DNA of 57,816 nt, the filler included, from Jimgerdemannia flammicorona (taxonomy: Eukaryota): assembly GCA_003990765.1 (NCBI GenBank). It is 2 parts of 2 records of this genome, joined end to end, with 100 filler letters (N's around TTAATTAATTAA, not from the genome) between each part and the next. Parts side by side here need not be neighbours in the genome. Positions count along the whole stretch, not along the records: positions 28,979 to 57,816 come from RBNJ01000539.1; 1 more part is not named here. One strand, 5' to 3'. Positions 38,701-52,296 of the stretch are shown in pieces. Positions within the stretch are counted from its first letter, which is position 1. Each line of letters opens with the position of its first letter. Made by a program: the position numbers and the translations under genes. The notes under the pieces are model-generated. The model was given only the letters and a program-made list of their open reading frames with translations. It had not been told where the DNA came from and did no database searches.

Positions 38701-40852
38701 TGATAACATCCATCTGATCCTGAGGACAAGAGTTGATATCACCAAGGTGGGCATCATAAGGTGTATTGAGGTCACCAATCTAAAGGACTTTACTCAGAAA
38801 GGGATCAGACATAAGATCATAGAAGCCATCAATAGGAAGAGAGGGGAGGGTGTAAACCCTAATCAATGTCAGGCCCAGAAATATGAGCTAGATATGGAAG
38901 GGGTCAGTAGAGGACCCAGAAATATATGAGGCAAAATGGTTTGACACAAGGACTATAAGACCACCATTCTTATGACTCATAATCCTATATAATACTGGGG
39001 GGGAGGACATGTGAATGAGTAGAGAGAGATGCTGCAGAATGTACCATATTTTACATATATAAATAATGTCAAAGATAGGACCAATCAACTGACTGAGTAT
39101 ATCAAATGTTTCCTGAGTTAATCTATATATATTGAGAAACCTGACTCTCATCGGGGACCAGGTGCAGTAGCACCAATAGTATGGAAAGTATCTGAGAAAG
39201 AAGCTTCAGCTTCCAGATCTATTACTATATCCCCAGTTATAGCCATTATATGACCTATCTTCAAAGTAGAACTAGCCATTAGAGAGATAAGAGAGAAGAG
39301 GGTGAGGCTGAGTTCTGCAGCCCATGTCTTATAGAAGGTCTGAACCTTAGGCCTGTAGTAGTATTGCCAGCCAACTACTGGACCCAGATATAAAAAGATT
39401 GGAGAACCCACACCTTTATGGCCTCTGTGGTGTTCTTATTTTGGAGAGCATGGGGTCCCAGGCTGAAAGCACCAAGAACTCAAGCATCTTTATCTTCTTT
39501 TGGAATACTGTGATATAATTAGAATATAGGAGAAATTAAATACTCAATGATGAGATATATGACATATTGAGAACCTTAGACAATATCATATAGACATCAT
39601 ACAGATTCTTCTAGATCTGTCTAATCTTAAGATAGGCAAATCCTTTAGCATAAATATACTTTAGCTAAGTACCTCTCTCAGTTGGTAATAAATGAGAGAT
39701 CAGCTTACAGGTCATACATGAAAGGACCATAGTAGCAGAAGCTCTTTCTATCTTGAGATAGACCTGAGTCCTATCCTTAACATAGACCTTCTTGGTAGTA
39801 GTAGTATATGATTTGGAGAGGGCAGAGATCAAAGCATTAGATGAAGACAGACTAGTAGAGCAGAGTTCTGCAGATATAATCTGGAGCACTGGTCTGAAGG
39901 CTTTGGTCTTACCCTTTTTAGGGGGCACAGCTTTGGTGGCTGAAGGTATAGCTATGTGAGTTGCCTCCTTAGATAGTATATTAGACTATGATGTGGTGAC
40001 TTTAATAGCCTACTTGTTTGCTCACTTATGGACCTTTGACCACATATTTGTATCAGGGCAATAGGAGGGGGGGCCAAGGACTTAAAGGGGCAGATGTAGA
40101 TGTAATAGTGGAAGGACTTCCTGAAGAAGTACCAGATAATGTGAGGGTAGTAGGTACTAATCATACAGCAAGCTACAACATCAGCTGAGTATTAATCTTG
40201 GCAAAATCTACTATTTGAGTCAACAGATCTGAAATCTATTTTCTCATAGTGGTCATCTTTATGACCAGATTGTATTTGGCTGAGGAGCTCATATAACTGA
40301 CAGTCAAGATCATACTCAAACTAGTGTTTGGATTACTGTGCTTATTCTGATTAAGAGATAGGAGTGTGAGAGAGAAGAGAGAGTACAGAGTAATATGTAT
40401 GATCCAAATTGGAAGAGATTGTGATCTCTTCATTATCTTCTGTATAATGCAGAGAAGAAATATGACAAAATCAGTCATACATCTCTACACAACCTATATA
40501 TCACCATAAGACTACTCTTACTAAAACTAAGAGAAATAAGACTGATAATATGATACTTGATAAAGCTAAGAGAAGTGCTGAAATATATAAAAAGATAGAT
40601 GACATTCAAGTCATTGCTAATGACAGAGAAGGCAGCTGACATTGCTGAATTTGACAAGGTGAGTTTGTTTGTTTATTTGAAATTGTAAAATACTAGTCAT
40701 ATGACCTTTATTTGTACAACCAAAAAATAATGAGAAAAAGGGATATTTATACCTAATGAGAGGTTAGCTGATCAAAGAGACTGCTTTCTTAATTTGAAAT
40801 AGATTCAGGCATAAAGCCAAGTATAGTCAAAAAGAGAAATAATATAAGTAGT
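35716..40852 (-). mobile_element. Telomeric LINE unit 3 (full length, ~5.14 kb)
   Basis: Both termini present. ORF1/ORF2 junction at 39148-39151. Followed by TGGGGTTAGGGTTAGG. Confidence 0.92.
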
Positions 40853-40868
40853 TGGGGTTAGGGTTAGG

Positions 40869-43800
40869 CTCTAACTAAGAATTTATTCATTGTAGATAAG
40901 GCAAGATATATTTGTGCAACAAAAGACAAAGCCACTAAAGATGAGAAAGAAAAGCAGTCCTATCTAAAATGTCTGGATATTTTCAAATAATATCATAGAT
41001 AGATAGAAAACAAAAAGCAAAAAGAGATCAGCAAAGTAAACAACTAGCTAAGAAGAATAAAACAAAGACCAGAGAGGTGACCACACTATGGGCAGACTGG
41101 ATAAACTATTTAGTCATAACTATAAGGATAATAAATATAAAAGCAAAAAGAAGAGAAGCTAAGGTATAATATACAAACACTTAGCACCAATTATAGGAAC
41201 AATATTGATACTCAAATATCAAATGACTGACTTGAGATATATACCTCAATATGCTCTCAATAACAAAAGGACCAACTAAGACAAATGAGGGGAAAGAAAG
41301 AAGTAAAGAAAATGTACAATTGCTCAATTATCTAAGTATCTTCATAATCTAAGTCAGGCAGAACCTGACCATGAGCTGACCACCAGAATTATATATAATA
41401 TGGATAGTATAGTAGGCTATCTCATTGAGAGCATAAAGAGGGTAGACATAAAGTTCCTTATGCCATTCATCACTAGTAAACCAATTGAGTTATTAATCAT
41501 AATTGGAATTACCTAAGAACACAGAGTATGAACTATTAAGAAGACTGCACTTATAGAGATGGCTATGATGAAACTTATCTCTACAGAGATAAGGGCAGAG
41601 TTGGCCAAAGTAGCTATAATACCAGGCAAGTGCAGAGTGAATAAGCCAGGGAGAGAAGTAGAGGACACGATTGGCTCACCTAGACTGTAAATACCCTTTG
41701 GAAGTAATATACTGAATGAGCACCTAGAAGGAAGAAGTCTATTCCTAGTGTAGCTAGTCCTGGAGGAATGACTAGAGAAAGGAGCAGAGTAAGTGAGTCT
41801 TGTAGTCCAGGAGATGGAGGTCTCAGTACTAGTTCAGAAAGTTAAGTCAAGAGGTCTAATGTCAGAACTTGTCAATAATAGAACCTGAGGGATATATAAT
41901 AAAGCACACACTAAGGGGGCTGATGGGGTTGTTATTAGACTTACTACATAAGTCCAGATGGACTTGGATAATGCAGCAGAGGTCTGACATAAAATGGAGG
42001 AAAGAAGAGAGACCAAGAATTAAACTACTAAGCAGAGGTCAGTTAGAAAATCCAACCACCTAGGTGATAGCATTATCAAAGACCTACTTGGGACACTTCA
42101 ACACCTGAAGCCCCATAGTAATAGCCAGACAGGAAGCTCATAAAAGTGAAAGGCCATACTCTAGCTGAGGCCTAATAAATGTGCATTCAATGGCCAGCTT
42201 GACCATTGGTGATCAGAGAGGACCATAGACATGACAGAATCCATGAGTTCATTTCACCTTTGCTATATTATGCAATGCCAGACTGATAAAGTTGAATTAT
42301 TTATTAGTGTATGGTATATCTAGATATAAATAGGAGAGGGGTTGCAGGCAGAGTTTATCCCCAATTAGTATAGTATAGTCAGTATGGCTGATATAATCAC
42401 ACTTCTTGGGATTGAGTTCCCTACCATTCACTATAAACTAATCCTCATAGAAGTCAATTATCCTCTGCTCTTCTATGGCAGTGAGTGGGGTGAGAGCAAT
42501 ATCATTAGCAAAGAAGAGCCCAAGATAGAAATTGTACTCCTTAAACTGGTCATCAAAAGAGGTGGTAAGAGGGTCAATGAATATATCAAAGAGCTAAGAG
42601 CCCTAAAAGAGACTATGCTCAGTGAAGACTAGGGGGGTGACAAGGTTATTAATAATAATCTAATAGGAATAGTAATTGGAAAGGCTCCTGATGATACTGA
42701 GGAGGGCTACATTGACACCTTGTATCTCAAGTTGAGAGAGAATGAGCTTGAGGGGGACTCTGTTATAAGCCTACCAGAGGTCCAGAAAGACATAGTGGTC
42801 CCACTCCTTGGCCCACATCTTGTATAAGAGCAAGATATGAGAAAGGGATGAGAAGCAGATTCAGAAGCCACCTTGGTAGTGTGACATTTCTGTCAGACCC
42901 CTTTGGCTCTTGATATAACCTTTGAAATAATACTCAAAGAGTCAGCAAAATATCTTGATAAGAGCAATATGGTTGAATCTATTGATTGTCTATAATTCCT
43001 CCTTCTCTGGATCTGTAAAGATAATGGTAGAGTTCCAGTAGTAGGAAGTGAGCCCTCAGACCACCTACAACTAAAAGAAAAGGACAGAACTTTCAAAAGG
43101 CTATAGGGAGCATCCTTCTTACCTACCATTACTCAAATAATCTAGAGATGTAAAGAGTCAGCCCCACAGGTCTTTGTAAGATGGTAGCTAGAGATGGCCC
43201 TCTAAACTACAGGCTGGTCAAACCAGGGCTATAGTCCAAGAGCCTCTATACTAAGGGAGAAGACATTCTCAGAGTCATCAAGATATAAGAAAGTATTTGG
43301 CTGGTCAAAAATAGCAGTGAAATGAGTCACTACATCATCAATTACCAAGACAGCAGGAGAGTGAAATTGGAGGGAAGCAGGAGAGATTGAGTTGTATACT
43401 CACTTAAAACCACTAATAGTATTGAAGACCAATGATATACCACAAAGAAGGTCCCACCACAGGAGTAGTACTATACTAATTTCTCTTACATCATATGAGT
43501 TCAGAATGTCCTCACAGATAGACTATAGATCAGAGGTCAAAAGAAAGTCAAGAGAATCCACAAACTACTAGTAATCTTCCACAGAGTGAAAGCTGACAAT
43601 GTGATCCCAGATGGAGTAAATATATCTGATAATAGTATTGCAAATAATATCTGCTGATTTTTGAAGATAAGCTTGAATGACCAGGTTAGTCAGATATTTT
43701 GCAAAGTAATGACAGATACTAGCTAGGGCAGCAACTGGTGAGGTAGAGAAGGGAAAAGAGATGGTAAGAAGAGAGAGATGGTTAGTAGTGATAGAGAGAG

Positions 43801-45990
43801 TTGAGTAGATAAGAGATGTATAGAGGAATATGGTAGTGAACATATATTCAACATATATAGATCCAGCCACCAGAGTCAGGTGGTTCAATAACCATATTAT
43901 CAAGGAAGTATCAATGATGTCCATCTGATCCTGAGGACTAGAATTAACATCACTAAGGCAGGCACCAAAGTGGGTATTAATGTCACTGATCAAAAGGGCC
44001 TTAGCTGGGAACAGATCAGATATAAGATCACAGAAGCCACCAATAGAGAGAGAGGTGGGGGCTTAATCTCTGATCAATGCCAAGCTCTAGAATATAAGCT
44101 GGATATAGAAGGGGTTGGTAAAGAACCTAGAAATGAGTAGAGTGAAACAGTTTGATATAAGGACTATGAGATCACCATTCTAGTGATCTACAATTCTATA
44201 TGATGCTGGGGCAGAAGACATGTGAATGAATAGAGAGAGAAACAGTGAAATATACCATATTTCATATATGAAAAGAATGTTAAGGGCAGGACCAATCAGC
44301 TGAATGAGAACATTGAACTTGTCCTGAGTTAGTCTATGTATATTGAGAAATATAACTCGCATTAGGAGCTAGATACAGTAGTACTAACAGTATGAGAAGT
44401 ACCTGAAGAGGAAGCCTCAGCATCCAAATCTATTACCATCTCCCCAGACATGGCCACAATAATACTTGCCTTTAAAGTAGGACTGGTTGATAGGAGGGTA
44501 AGAGAAGAGAGGGTGAGGCCAAGTTTCATGACCCATGTCATATAGAAGGTCTGTATCTCAGGCCTCTTCACATTGATATTACAAGCCAACTGCTAGACTT
44601 GAGTATAGAAGAATTGGAGGACCCATGTCTTTATGGTCTCTGTAGCATTCTTGTTTTGGGAGAGTGCTGGATCCCAGAACAAGTGCACTGAGAACCTAAG
44701 TATCTTCATTTTCTTTTGGAATACTGTGATATAATCAGAGTGCAAAAGGTCAATGCTGAGATATACAATATATTGAGAATCTTGAAAAACATCATATAGA
44801 TATCATACAAGTTCTTCCGGATTTACTTGATCTTGAGATGAACAAATCTTTTGATATAAATATGCTGCAACCAGATACCTCTCTTAGTTGGCAACAAATG
44901 AGAGTTTGGCTTATAGATTATAGATGAAAGGGCTATAGCAGCAGTAGCCCTTTCTATCTTAGGGTAGGCCTGGATCCTATCCTTGATAGAAACCTTCTTA
45001 GTAGTAATAGCATACAATTTAGAGGAAATAGGGATTGAAGTAGGAGATGAAGACAGACTAGCTGCACTGCGTCCTGTAGATATAACCTTGGGCACTGGCC
45101 CAGGGGCCTTAGCCTTACTATTTTTGGAGAGCATGGCTTTAGCAGCCCACTTATCTGCTTACTTCTGGGCCTTTGACTACATATTTATAGTATGATTAGT
45201 AAGAGGGGAGGCTGAAGACTTGAGGAGAGTGGATGTAGAAGAGATGGCAGGGATAGTTCCCAAAGAGCACCAGATGATATAGAGGCAGTGGGTACCAATT
45301 GTACAGCAAGCTATACCATCAGCTGAGCATTAATCTTGGCCAAATCAGCCATTAGAGTCGGTAGATCTAAGATCTGCTTCCTCATCACAGCCATCTCTAT
45401 GACCAGATTGAGGTCAGCTGAGGGGCTTGCACAACTGACTGTCCAGGTTATACCCAAACTAGTATTTGGGTGACTATGCTTATTCTGATTGATGGGTAGA
45501 GATATGAGAGAGAAGAGTGATTGCTGGACATTATGGTCTAAATCAGAAGAGATCATAATCTCTTCATCATCTTCTGCATCAAGCAAAGAAGATAAATATA
45601 CTAATATTAATCATGTATCCACATATAATCTGCACATTGCTATAAGACTACTCTCGCCAAAGCTGGAAGAAAGGAGATTAATACTGTGATACTTAGTACA
45701 GTAGAGAGAGGTGTCGAAGCATGCAAAGAAGCAGATGATATTTGAGTCATTACCAATGATGGAGGAGATAGCCAACATTATTGAAATAAGTAGAGGAGGG
45801 TTTGTTTATTTGTTTGAAATTATGAAATATATTCATATGACATTTGTTTAAACAATGAAAAAATAATAATAAAGGAGGATATTTATATCTGATGAGAGGC
45901 TTAGCAAATCAAAGTGACTGCTTTCTTAATTTTGAATAGCTTCAGGCTATAAAGCTGAGTCTAGCCAAAAGGAGAAATCACATAAGTGGC
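40869..45990 (-). mobile_element. Telomeric LINE unit 4 (full length, ~5.12 kb)
   Basis: Both termini present. EN start MRVIFLNIH at 44362. Followed by TTAGGATTAGG. Confidence 0.92.
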
Positions 45991-46001
45991 TTAGGATTAG
46001 G

Positions 46002-47090
46002 CATTAAGTAAAGATTTATTCATTGTAGATAAAATAAGATATATTGAAGTAATAAATGGCAAGACTCCTAAGATGAGAAAAGGAAAGCAGTCCAGACTAT
46101 CATAAGACTAGAATGACTTAGCTCAGCTAGGATGTGAAAAGCAAAAAGAGGTCAGCAAAGTAAACAACTAGCTAAAAAGAACAAAATAAAGTCCAGAGAG
46201 ATAACCATCCTATGAACAGGCTAGATAAATTATTTTGTCATAGCCATAAGAATAATAAAAGCAAAAAGCAGAAAAAGGAGAAGTAAAGATATAATATATA
46301 AATATCTGGCACTAACTATGGGAATAATATCAATACCTAAATATCAAATGACTAATATGAGATATATAACTCAATACACTCTTAACAATAAGAGAACTTG
46401 CTGGGATGAATGAGAGAAAAGAAAGAAATAAAAAAAATATCTGGTTGCTTAATTACTCAAGCATCTTTATAATCTCACTCAGGTAGAACCCAACTATAAG
46501 ATAGATACCAAAATTATACATGGTATCAATAGTATAGTAGGTAGTCTCATAAAGAGCATGAAGAGAGTAGATATGAAGTTCTCCCTACCATTTGTTACTA
46601 GTAAATCAATTGAGCTGTTCATTATAATTAGAATTATCTTAGAAAGTAGAATATAAACTATTGAGAAGATCATATCTACAGAGATATCTATATGTTATCT
46701 CCATAAGGACAGAAGTGGGATTGGCCAAAGTAGCATAAGATATAATTGGCTTCTCTAGACTATAACTAGTCTTTTGGAGTAATATAGTGAATGAGAGCCT
46801 GGAAGGAGAAGGCCTATTTCTATAGTAGCTAGTCTTAGAAAAATGACTAGAGGAAGGTGCAGAGTGAGTGAGTCTTACATACCTGGGGATGAAGGTCTCA
46901 GTACTAGTTGAGGAAGTCAAGCCAAGAGGTCTAATGGTAGGACTTATCAATAATAGAACCTAGGAGATACAGAATAAAGTACTTGCTAAGAAGACTAATG
47001 AGATTATTACCAGACTTACTACATCAATTCATGTGAGCTTGGAACATATAGCAGGGATCTAATATACAATTAAGGAATAAAGAAAGGCCA
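46002..47090 (-). mobile_element. Telomeric LINE unit 5 (5'-truncated, ~1.1 kb)
   Basis: 3' UTR plus ORF2 C-terminus, then an abrupt switch to telomere repeats. Confidence 0.9.
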
Positions 47091-47140
47091 AGGGTTAGGG
47101 TTCGGGTTAGGGTTAGGGATAGGTTAGGGTTAGGGATAGG
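47091..47140 (+). repeat. Interstitial telomere tract, ~8 TTAGGG or variant units
   Basis: AGGGTTAGGGTTCGGGTTAGGGTTAGGGATAGGTTAGGGTTAGGGATAGG. Confidence 0.95.
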
Positions 47141-47532
47141 CTTCAAGTAAGAATTTATTCATTGTAGAGAAGATAAGATATATCAGAGCAACAAACGGCA
47201 AAGACTCCTAGTGATGAGAAAAGCAAAACAAGACCAGCGAAGTAAACAACTAACTAAGAAGTACAAAACAAAGACCAGAGAGATAACCACCCTATGGATG
47301 GGCTGGATAAACCATTTAGTCATGGCCATAAAGATAATGAATGTGGAAAGCAAAGAAAGGAAGCCTAAATAAGATACACATTTGCCTGGTACCAACTATA
47401 GGGACCATATCGACAACCAAACACCAAACGACTGACATGAGATTAATAACTCAATGCGCTCTCAACAATAAGAGGACCAACCAAGGCAAACGAGGGGAAA
47501 GAAAGAAGTAAAGAAAATGTGCAATCGCTCGA

Positions 47533-50500
47533 TCACTCAAGCATCTTTGTAATCTTGGTCAGGTAGAACCCAACTGCGAGATGGCTACCAGAATTGCACA
47601 TAGCATCGATAACATGGTAGACTGTCTCATGAAGAGTGTGAAGAGGGTAGGCGCGAAGTTCTTCTTGCCATTCTTCATTGGTAAATCAATCGAGTTGTTC
47701 ATCTTGATCAGAAGAACCTCAGAATGTGGAATATGAACCGTCGAGAAGACTGCACCTGAGGAGATGGCCATGATGAAACTTATCTCCACAGGAGCATGGG
47801 CAGGGTTGGTCAAAATCACCATAACGCCAGGCGAGGGCTGAACGCACAAGCCGGGGGGGAAAGAAAAGGACACAATCAGTGCCCCATGACCACAAGTGGC
47901 CTTTGGGGGTAATATACCGAATGAGAGCCTGAGAGGAGGAGGCCCATTCTTGTAGCAGCTGATCCTAAAGGAATGACTGGAGGAAGGAGCAGAGCAGGCA
48001 AGTCTTGCAGACCTGGGGATGAAGGTCCCAGTACTAGTCGAGGAAGTCAAGCCAAGAGGTCTAATGCTGGAACTTATCAATAATGGAATCTGGGGGATGC
48101 GTGACAAAGCACTTGCTAAGAGGGCTGATGGGGCTGTTGCCAGACTTACTACACCAATGCAGATAGGCTTGGAATATGCAGCAGAGGTCAGACATATGAC
48201 GAAGGAAGGAAGTGAGACTAAGAATTGAACTGCAAGGCAAGGGATGGCCAGAAAATCCAACCACCCAGGCAATAGTGTCATCAAAGACCTGCTCAGAGTG
48301 CTTCAATACCTGAAGCCCCGTAGTAGTTGCTAGGTAGGAGGCTCGTAGAAGAGGAAGGCCATACTCTAGCTGAGGCCTAATTAATATCCATAGGATGGCC
48401 AACTTGACCATTGGTGACCAGAGGAGACCACGGGCGCAGTAGAACTCAAGAGTACATTCCACCTTTGCTGTATTCTGCAATGCGAGGCTGATAAAGTCAA
48501 ACCCTTTGTTGGTGTATGGCATGCCCAGGTACATGTAAGAAGGGGGTCACGGGCAGGGTTCACCCCCAATCTGCATAGTATAGTCAGCTGGGCCAATATA
48601 ACTGCACTTCTTGGGGTTGAGCTCTATACTATTCTCCAGAAGTCAATCTTCACAAAAGTCAATCATCCTCTGCCCTTCTGCGGTAGTGCAGGTGGTGAGG
48701 GCGATATTGTCAGTAAAGAAGAGCCTGAGAGGGAAGTCGTACTCCTTGAACTGATCTTCAAAGGAGGTGGCAAGAGGATCAATAAAGATATCAAATAGCC
48801 AGGGGGAGAGGAGAGAGCCCTGAAAGAGGCCATGCTCAGTGGGGACTAAAGGGGTGATGAGGCTATTAACAACTACCTAATAAGAACAGTGGTTGAACAG
48901 GCTTCGGATAATGCTAAGGAGGGCTGCATCAGCTCCTCACACTTCAAGTCAGGAAAGAATGAGCTTGAGGGGGACTCGATCATAAGCCTGCCAGAGGTCA
49001 AGAAAGACACAGTGGCCCCATCCCTTAGCCCATGTCTCATGCGATAACAAGACATGAGAGAGAGATGAGAAGCGGGTTTGGAAGCCGCCTTGACAGCATG
49101 ACATTTCTGTCAGGCTACTTCGGCTCTTGACATAGCCTTCCAAACACCGCTCGGAGAGTTTACGAAATATTTCAGTCAGAGCGATAGGGCGAAATCCATC
49201 AATCATACATGATTCCTCCTTCTTAGGGACTGGGGTAATGATGGCGGAGTTCCAGCAGTAGAGAGTGAGCCCCCAAACTATGCACATCTGGAAGAAAAAG
49301 GACAGGGTCTTCGATAGGCTACAAAGGGCATCCTTCTCACCTGCCATTACCCAAAGGATCTGGACATGCAAGGAGTCAGCTCCACATGCCTTCGAGAGGG
49401 GGTAGCTGTAGATAGCCCTCTAAACTACAGGTTGGTCAAACCAAGACTGCAGTCCAAGGGCACCCACACCAAGAGAGAAGACATCCTCAGAGTCATCGAG
49501 GCAGAGGGAGGCATTCAGTTGGCTGAAGATAGTGGTAAAGTGAGCAACCACATCATCAAACACTGGGACATTGGGGGAGCAAGATTGGAGGAGAGCAAGG
49601 GGGGTGGAGTAGTATGCTCACTTAAAGCCACGGATGGCATCCGAGACTGAAGATGCACTGCAAAGAAGGTCCCACCGAGGGAGTGGCACCGCCCCAATCT
49701 CTCTTGCATCATACGAGCCAAGAATGTCCTTACAAACTGACTGCAGACCAGAGGTCAAAAGGATATCAAGAGAGTCTACGAACTGCTGACGATCTTCCAC
49801 AGAGTGAAAGCCAGCGACATGATCTCTGATAGAGTAGATGGACCTGACAATAGTATCGCACATAATATCCACTGATTCCCGAAGGTGGGCTTGAACAACC
49901 AGGTCAGTCAGGTATCATACAGAGTAGTGGCGGATGCCAGCCAGGGCAGCAACTGGTGAGGGAGAGAAGGGGAAGGAGACAGTGAGGAGGGAGAGGTGAT
50001 CGGTAGCAACAGGAGGGGTGGAGTAGGTAAGGGACATATGGAGGGACATGGTGGCAAATGTGTGATCAACACGTGTGGATCCAGCCACCAGGGTCAGATG
50101 ATTCAGTGACTACATCATCAGGGAGGTATCAATGACATCCATCTGGTCCCGGAGACCAGAGTTGATATTACCAAGGCAGGTACCAAAGTGGGTATTGATG
50201 TCTCTGATCAAAAGGGCCTTACCCAGAAAGGGTCCAGACACAAGATCTTGGAAGCCACCAATGGGAAGAGAGGAGGGAGCATAAACCCCAACCAAAGCCA
50301 GGCCCCGGAACATGAGCTGGATATGGAAGGGGTCAGTGGAGGACCCAGAGATAAGGGGGGCGAAATGATTAGACATAAGAACCACAAGACCACTATTCTG
50401 GTGACCCACGATTCTGTGCGACACCAGTGGGGAGGACATATGAATGAGTGGAGAGGGATGCAGCAGAATGTGCCATATTTCACATATGAAAAGAACATCA

Positions 50501-50580
50501 AGGGCAGGACCAATCAACTGACTGAGCACATCAAACTTATCCTGAGGTAGTCTGTGTGCATTGAGGAACCTGACTCTCAT
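47533..50580 (-). pseudogene. ORF2 of unit 6: AP endonuclease + RT + C-terminal zinc knuckle (~1015 codons)
   Basis: EN: FLNAH, ICEIWH, VGVYAP, (G)DIN, VDH, TDH. RT: FRPIAL, QGGF, FLDL..AYD, QGSLLSP, FF(A)D(D), NPKKC, YLG. C-terminus CSCGDKFHHGHLLRC. Confidence 0.93.
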
Positions 50581-52074
50581 TGTGGGCTGGGCACGTTAGC
50601 ATCAACAGTGTGGGAAGCACCTGAGGTGGAAGCTTTAGCTTCCAAATCTATCGCCATCTCACCAGTCATGACCACAGTACTACCTGCCTTCGAAGCAGGG
50701 CCAGCTGACGGGGAGGCGGGGGAGAGGAGAGCGAGGCCGAGTTCCATGGCCCAAGCTCAGTAGAAGGTCTACACCTTGGGCCACTTCATAGTGGCATCGC
50801 CAGCCAACTGCCAGACCTGAGCATGGAATGACTAGAGTACTCGTGCCTTCATGGCCTCCATGGCTTTCTTGTTGTGGGGGAGCACAGGGTCTCAGGCCAA
50901 TAGCACTGAGAACCCAAGCACCTTCATCTTCTTTTGAAATGCCATGATATAATCAGGGTAGAGAAGGAACTCGATGGTCAATACTGAGACATATGATATA
51001 TTGAGAACTTTTGACAATATCACATGAACATCATATAAGTTCTTCCAGATCTACCCGATCTTAAGATGGGAAAATCCATTGATGTAAATGTGCTACAGCC
51101 AAGTGCTCTTCTCAGTCAGTGACAAATGAGAGGTCGGCTTGTGGGTCATATATGAAAGGGCTGCAGCAGCAGCTGCCCTTTCCATCTCGGGGTAGGCCTG
51201 GGTCCTATCTTTAATAGAAACCTTCTTGGTGGTGGCAGCATACAATTTGGGTGGGGTGTGGGTCAAAGCATGGGATGAAGATGGACCGGCAGTGCCAGGA
51301 CCCACAGGTGTAATCTGGGGCTCTGATCGGGGAGGCTTGGCCTTGCCCTTTTAGGGGGCGTGACTTTAGCAGCCAAGGGCATGGCTGTGGGAGTTACCTC
51401 CTTTGGCAGCACACCAGGTTGCGATGTGGTGGCTTTAGCGCCCACTTGTTAGCTCTCTTCTGGACCTTTGACCACATGTTTGCAGCAGGACCAGTAAAAG
51501 GGAGGGCCGAGGACTTGGGGGGGGCAGATATTGAAGGGGCGGCAGGGGTACTTCCCAAAGGAGTACCAGATGACAAGGGGGTGGTGGGCGCAGACCACAC
51601 AGCAAGCTGCACCATTAGCTGGGCATTGATCTTGACCAGTTCAGCCACCTGAGTCAGCAGATCCGAGATCTGCCTCCTCATCACAGCTATCTCCATGACC
51701 AGATCAGGGTCGGCTGAGGGGCCCACATGAGTGGCAGTCGGGGTCATGTCCAAACTCGTGTTCAGGCAACCATACTTGTTCCAATTGAGGGGTGGGGGTG
51801 TGGGAGAAAAGGGAGGGCGCTGGGCGTTGTGGTCTGAATCAGAAGAGATTGCGATCTCTTTGTCATCTTCCACATCGCGCAGTGAAGATAAATACACTAA
51901 TATCGATCATGCATCCCTGCATGACCTGCACATCACCATAAGGCTACCCTCGCCAAAGCCGAGAGAAAGGAGACCAATGCTGTGATATTCAATGTAGTAG
52001 AGAGAGGCACCAAAGTGCGTGAAGAGACGGGTGGTACTACCATCATCACTGATAACAGAGGAGGTGGCTGACAT
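50577..52074 (-). pseudogene. ORF1 of unit 6 (putative N-terminal C4 motif, coiled coil, Pro/Ala-rich linker, conserved alpha/beta domain)
   Basis: MSATSSVI...; EIAVMRRQISDLLTQVAELVKINAQL heptad segment; ERAAAAAALS... region, colinear with HVYIDGF...IRKNL in unit 7. Homologous in units 3, 4 and 7. Confidence 0.85.
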
Positions 52075-52296
52075 TGCCGAAATAGGCGGAGGTATATTTG
52101 CTTGTTTTTGTGAAATTGTGAAATGCGAGTCACATGACCTTTGTTTGTTCAATGAAAAAATAATGGAGAAGGGGGTATTTATACCCGATGGGAGGCTTAG
52201 CTAATCAAAGTGACTGCTTTCTTAATTTGGAATATCTTCGGGCCATAAAGCCGAGTCTACTCAAATGGGGAAATCATGTGAGTGGCTTAGATTAGG

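Larger units (their letters stand above)
47141..52286 (-). mobile_element. Telomeric LINE unit 6 (full length, ~5.15 kb, lightly mutated)
   Basis: 5' end GCCACTCAC on the - strand. ORF1 52074-50577, ORF2 50580-47533, 3' UTR ~390 bp ending AATAAA..GAAG|CCTA. Confidence 0.95.

Noticed and set aside
47559..48284. 241-aa - strand ORF in an alternative frame (also 52713-53261)
   Set aside because: It overlaps the real ORF2 C-terminus, which carries the zinc knuckle. It is Ser/Pro-rich and has no conserved ATG, so it is probably an off-frame by-product.
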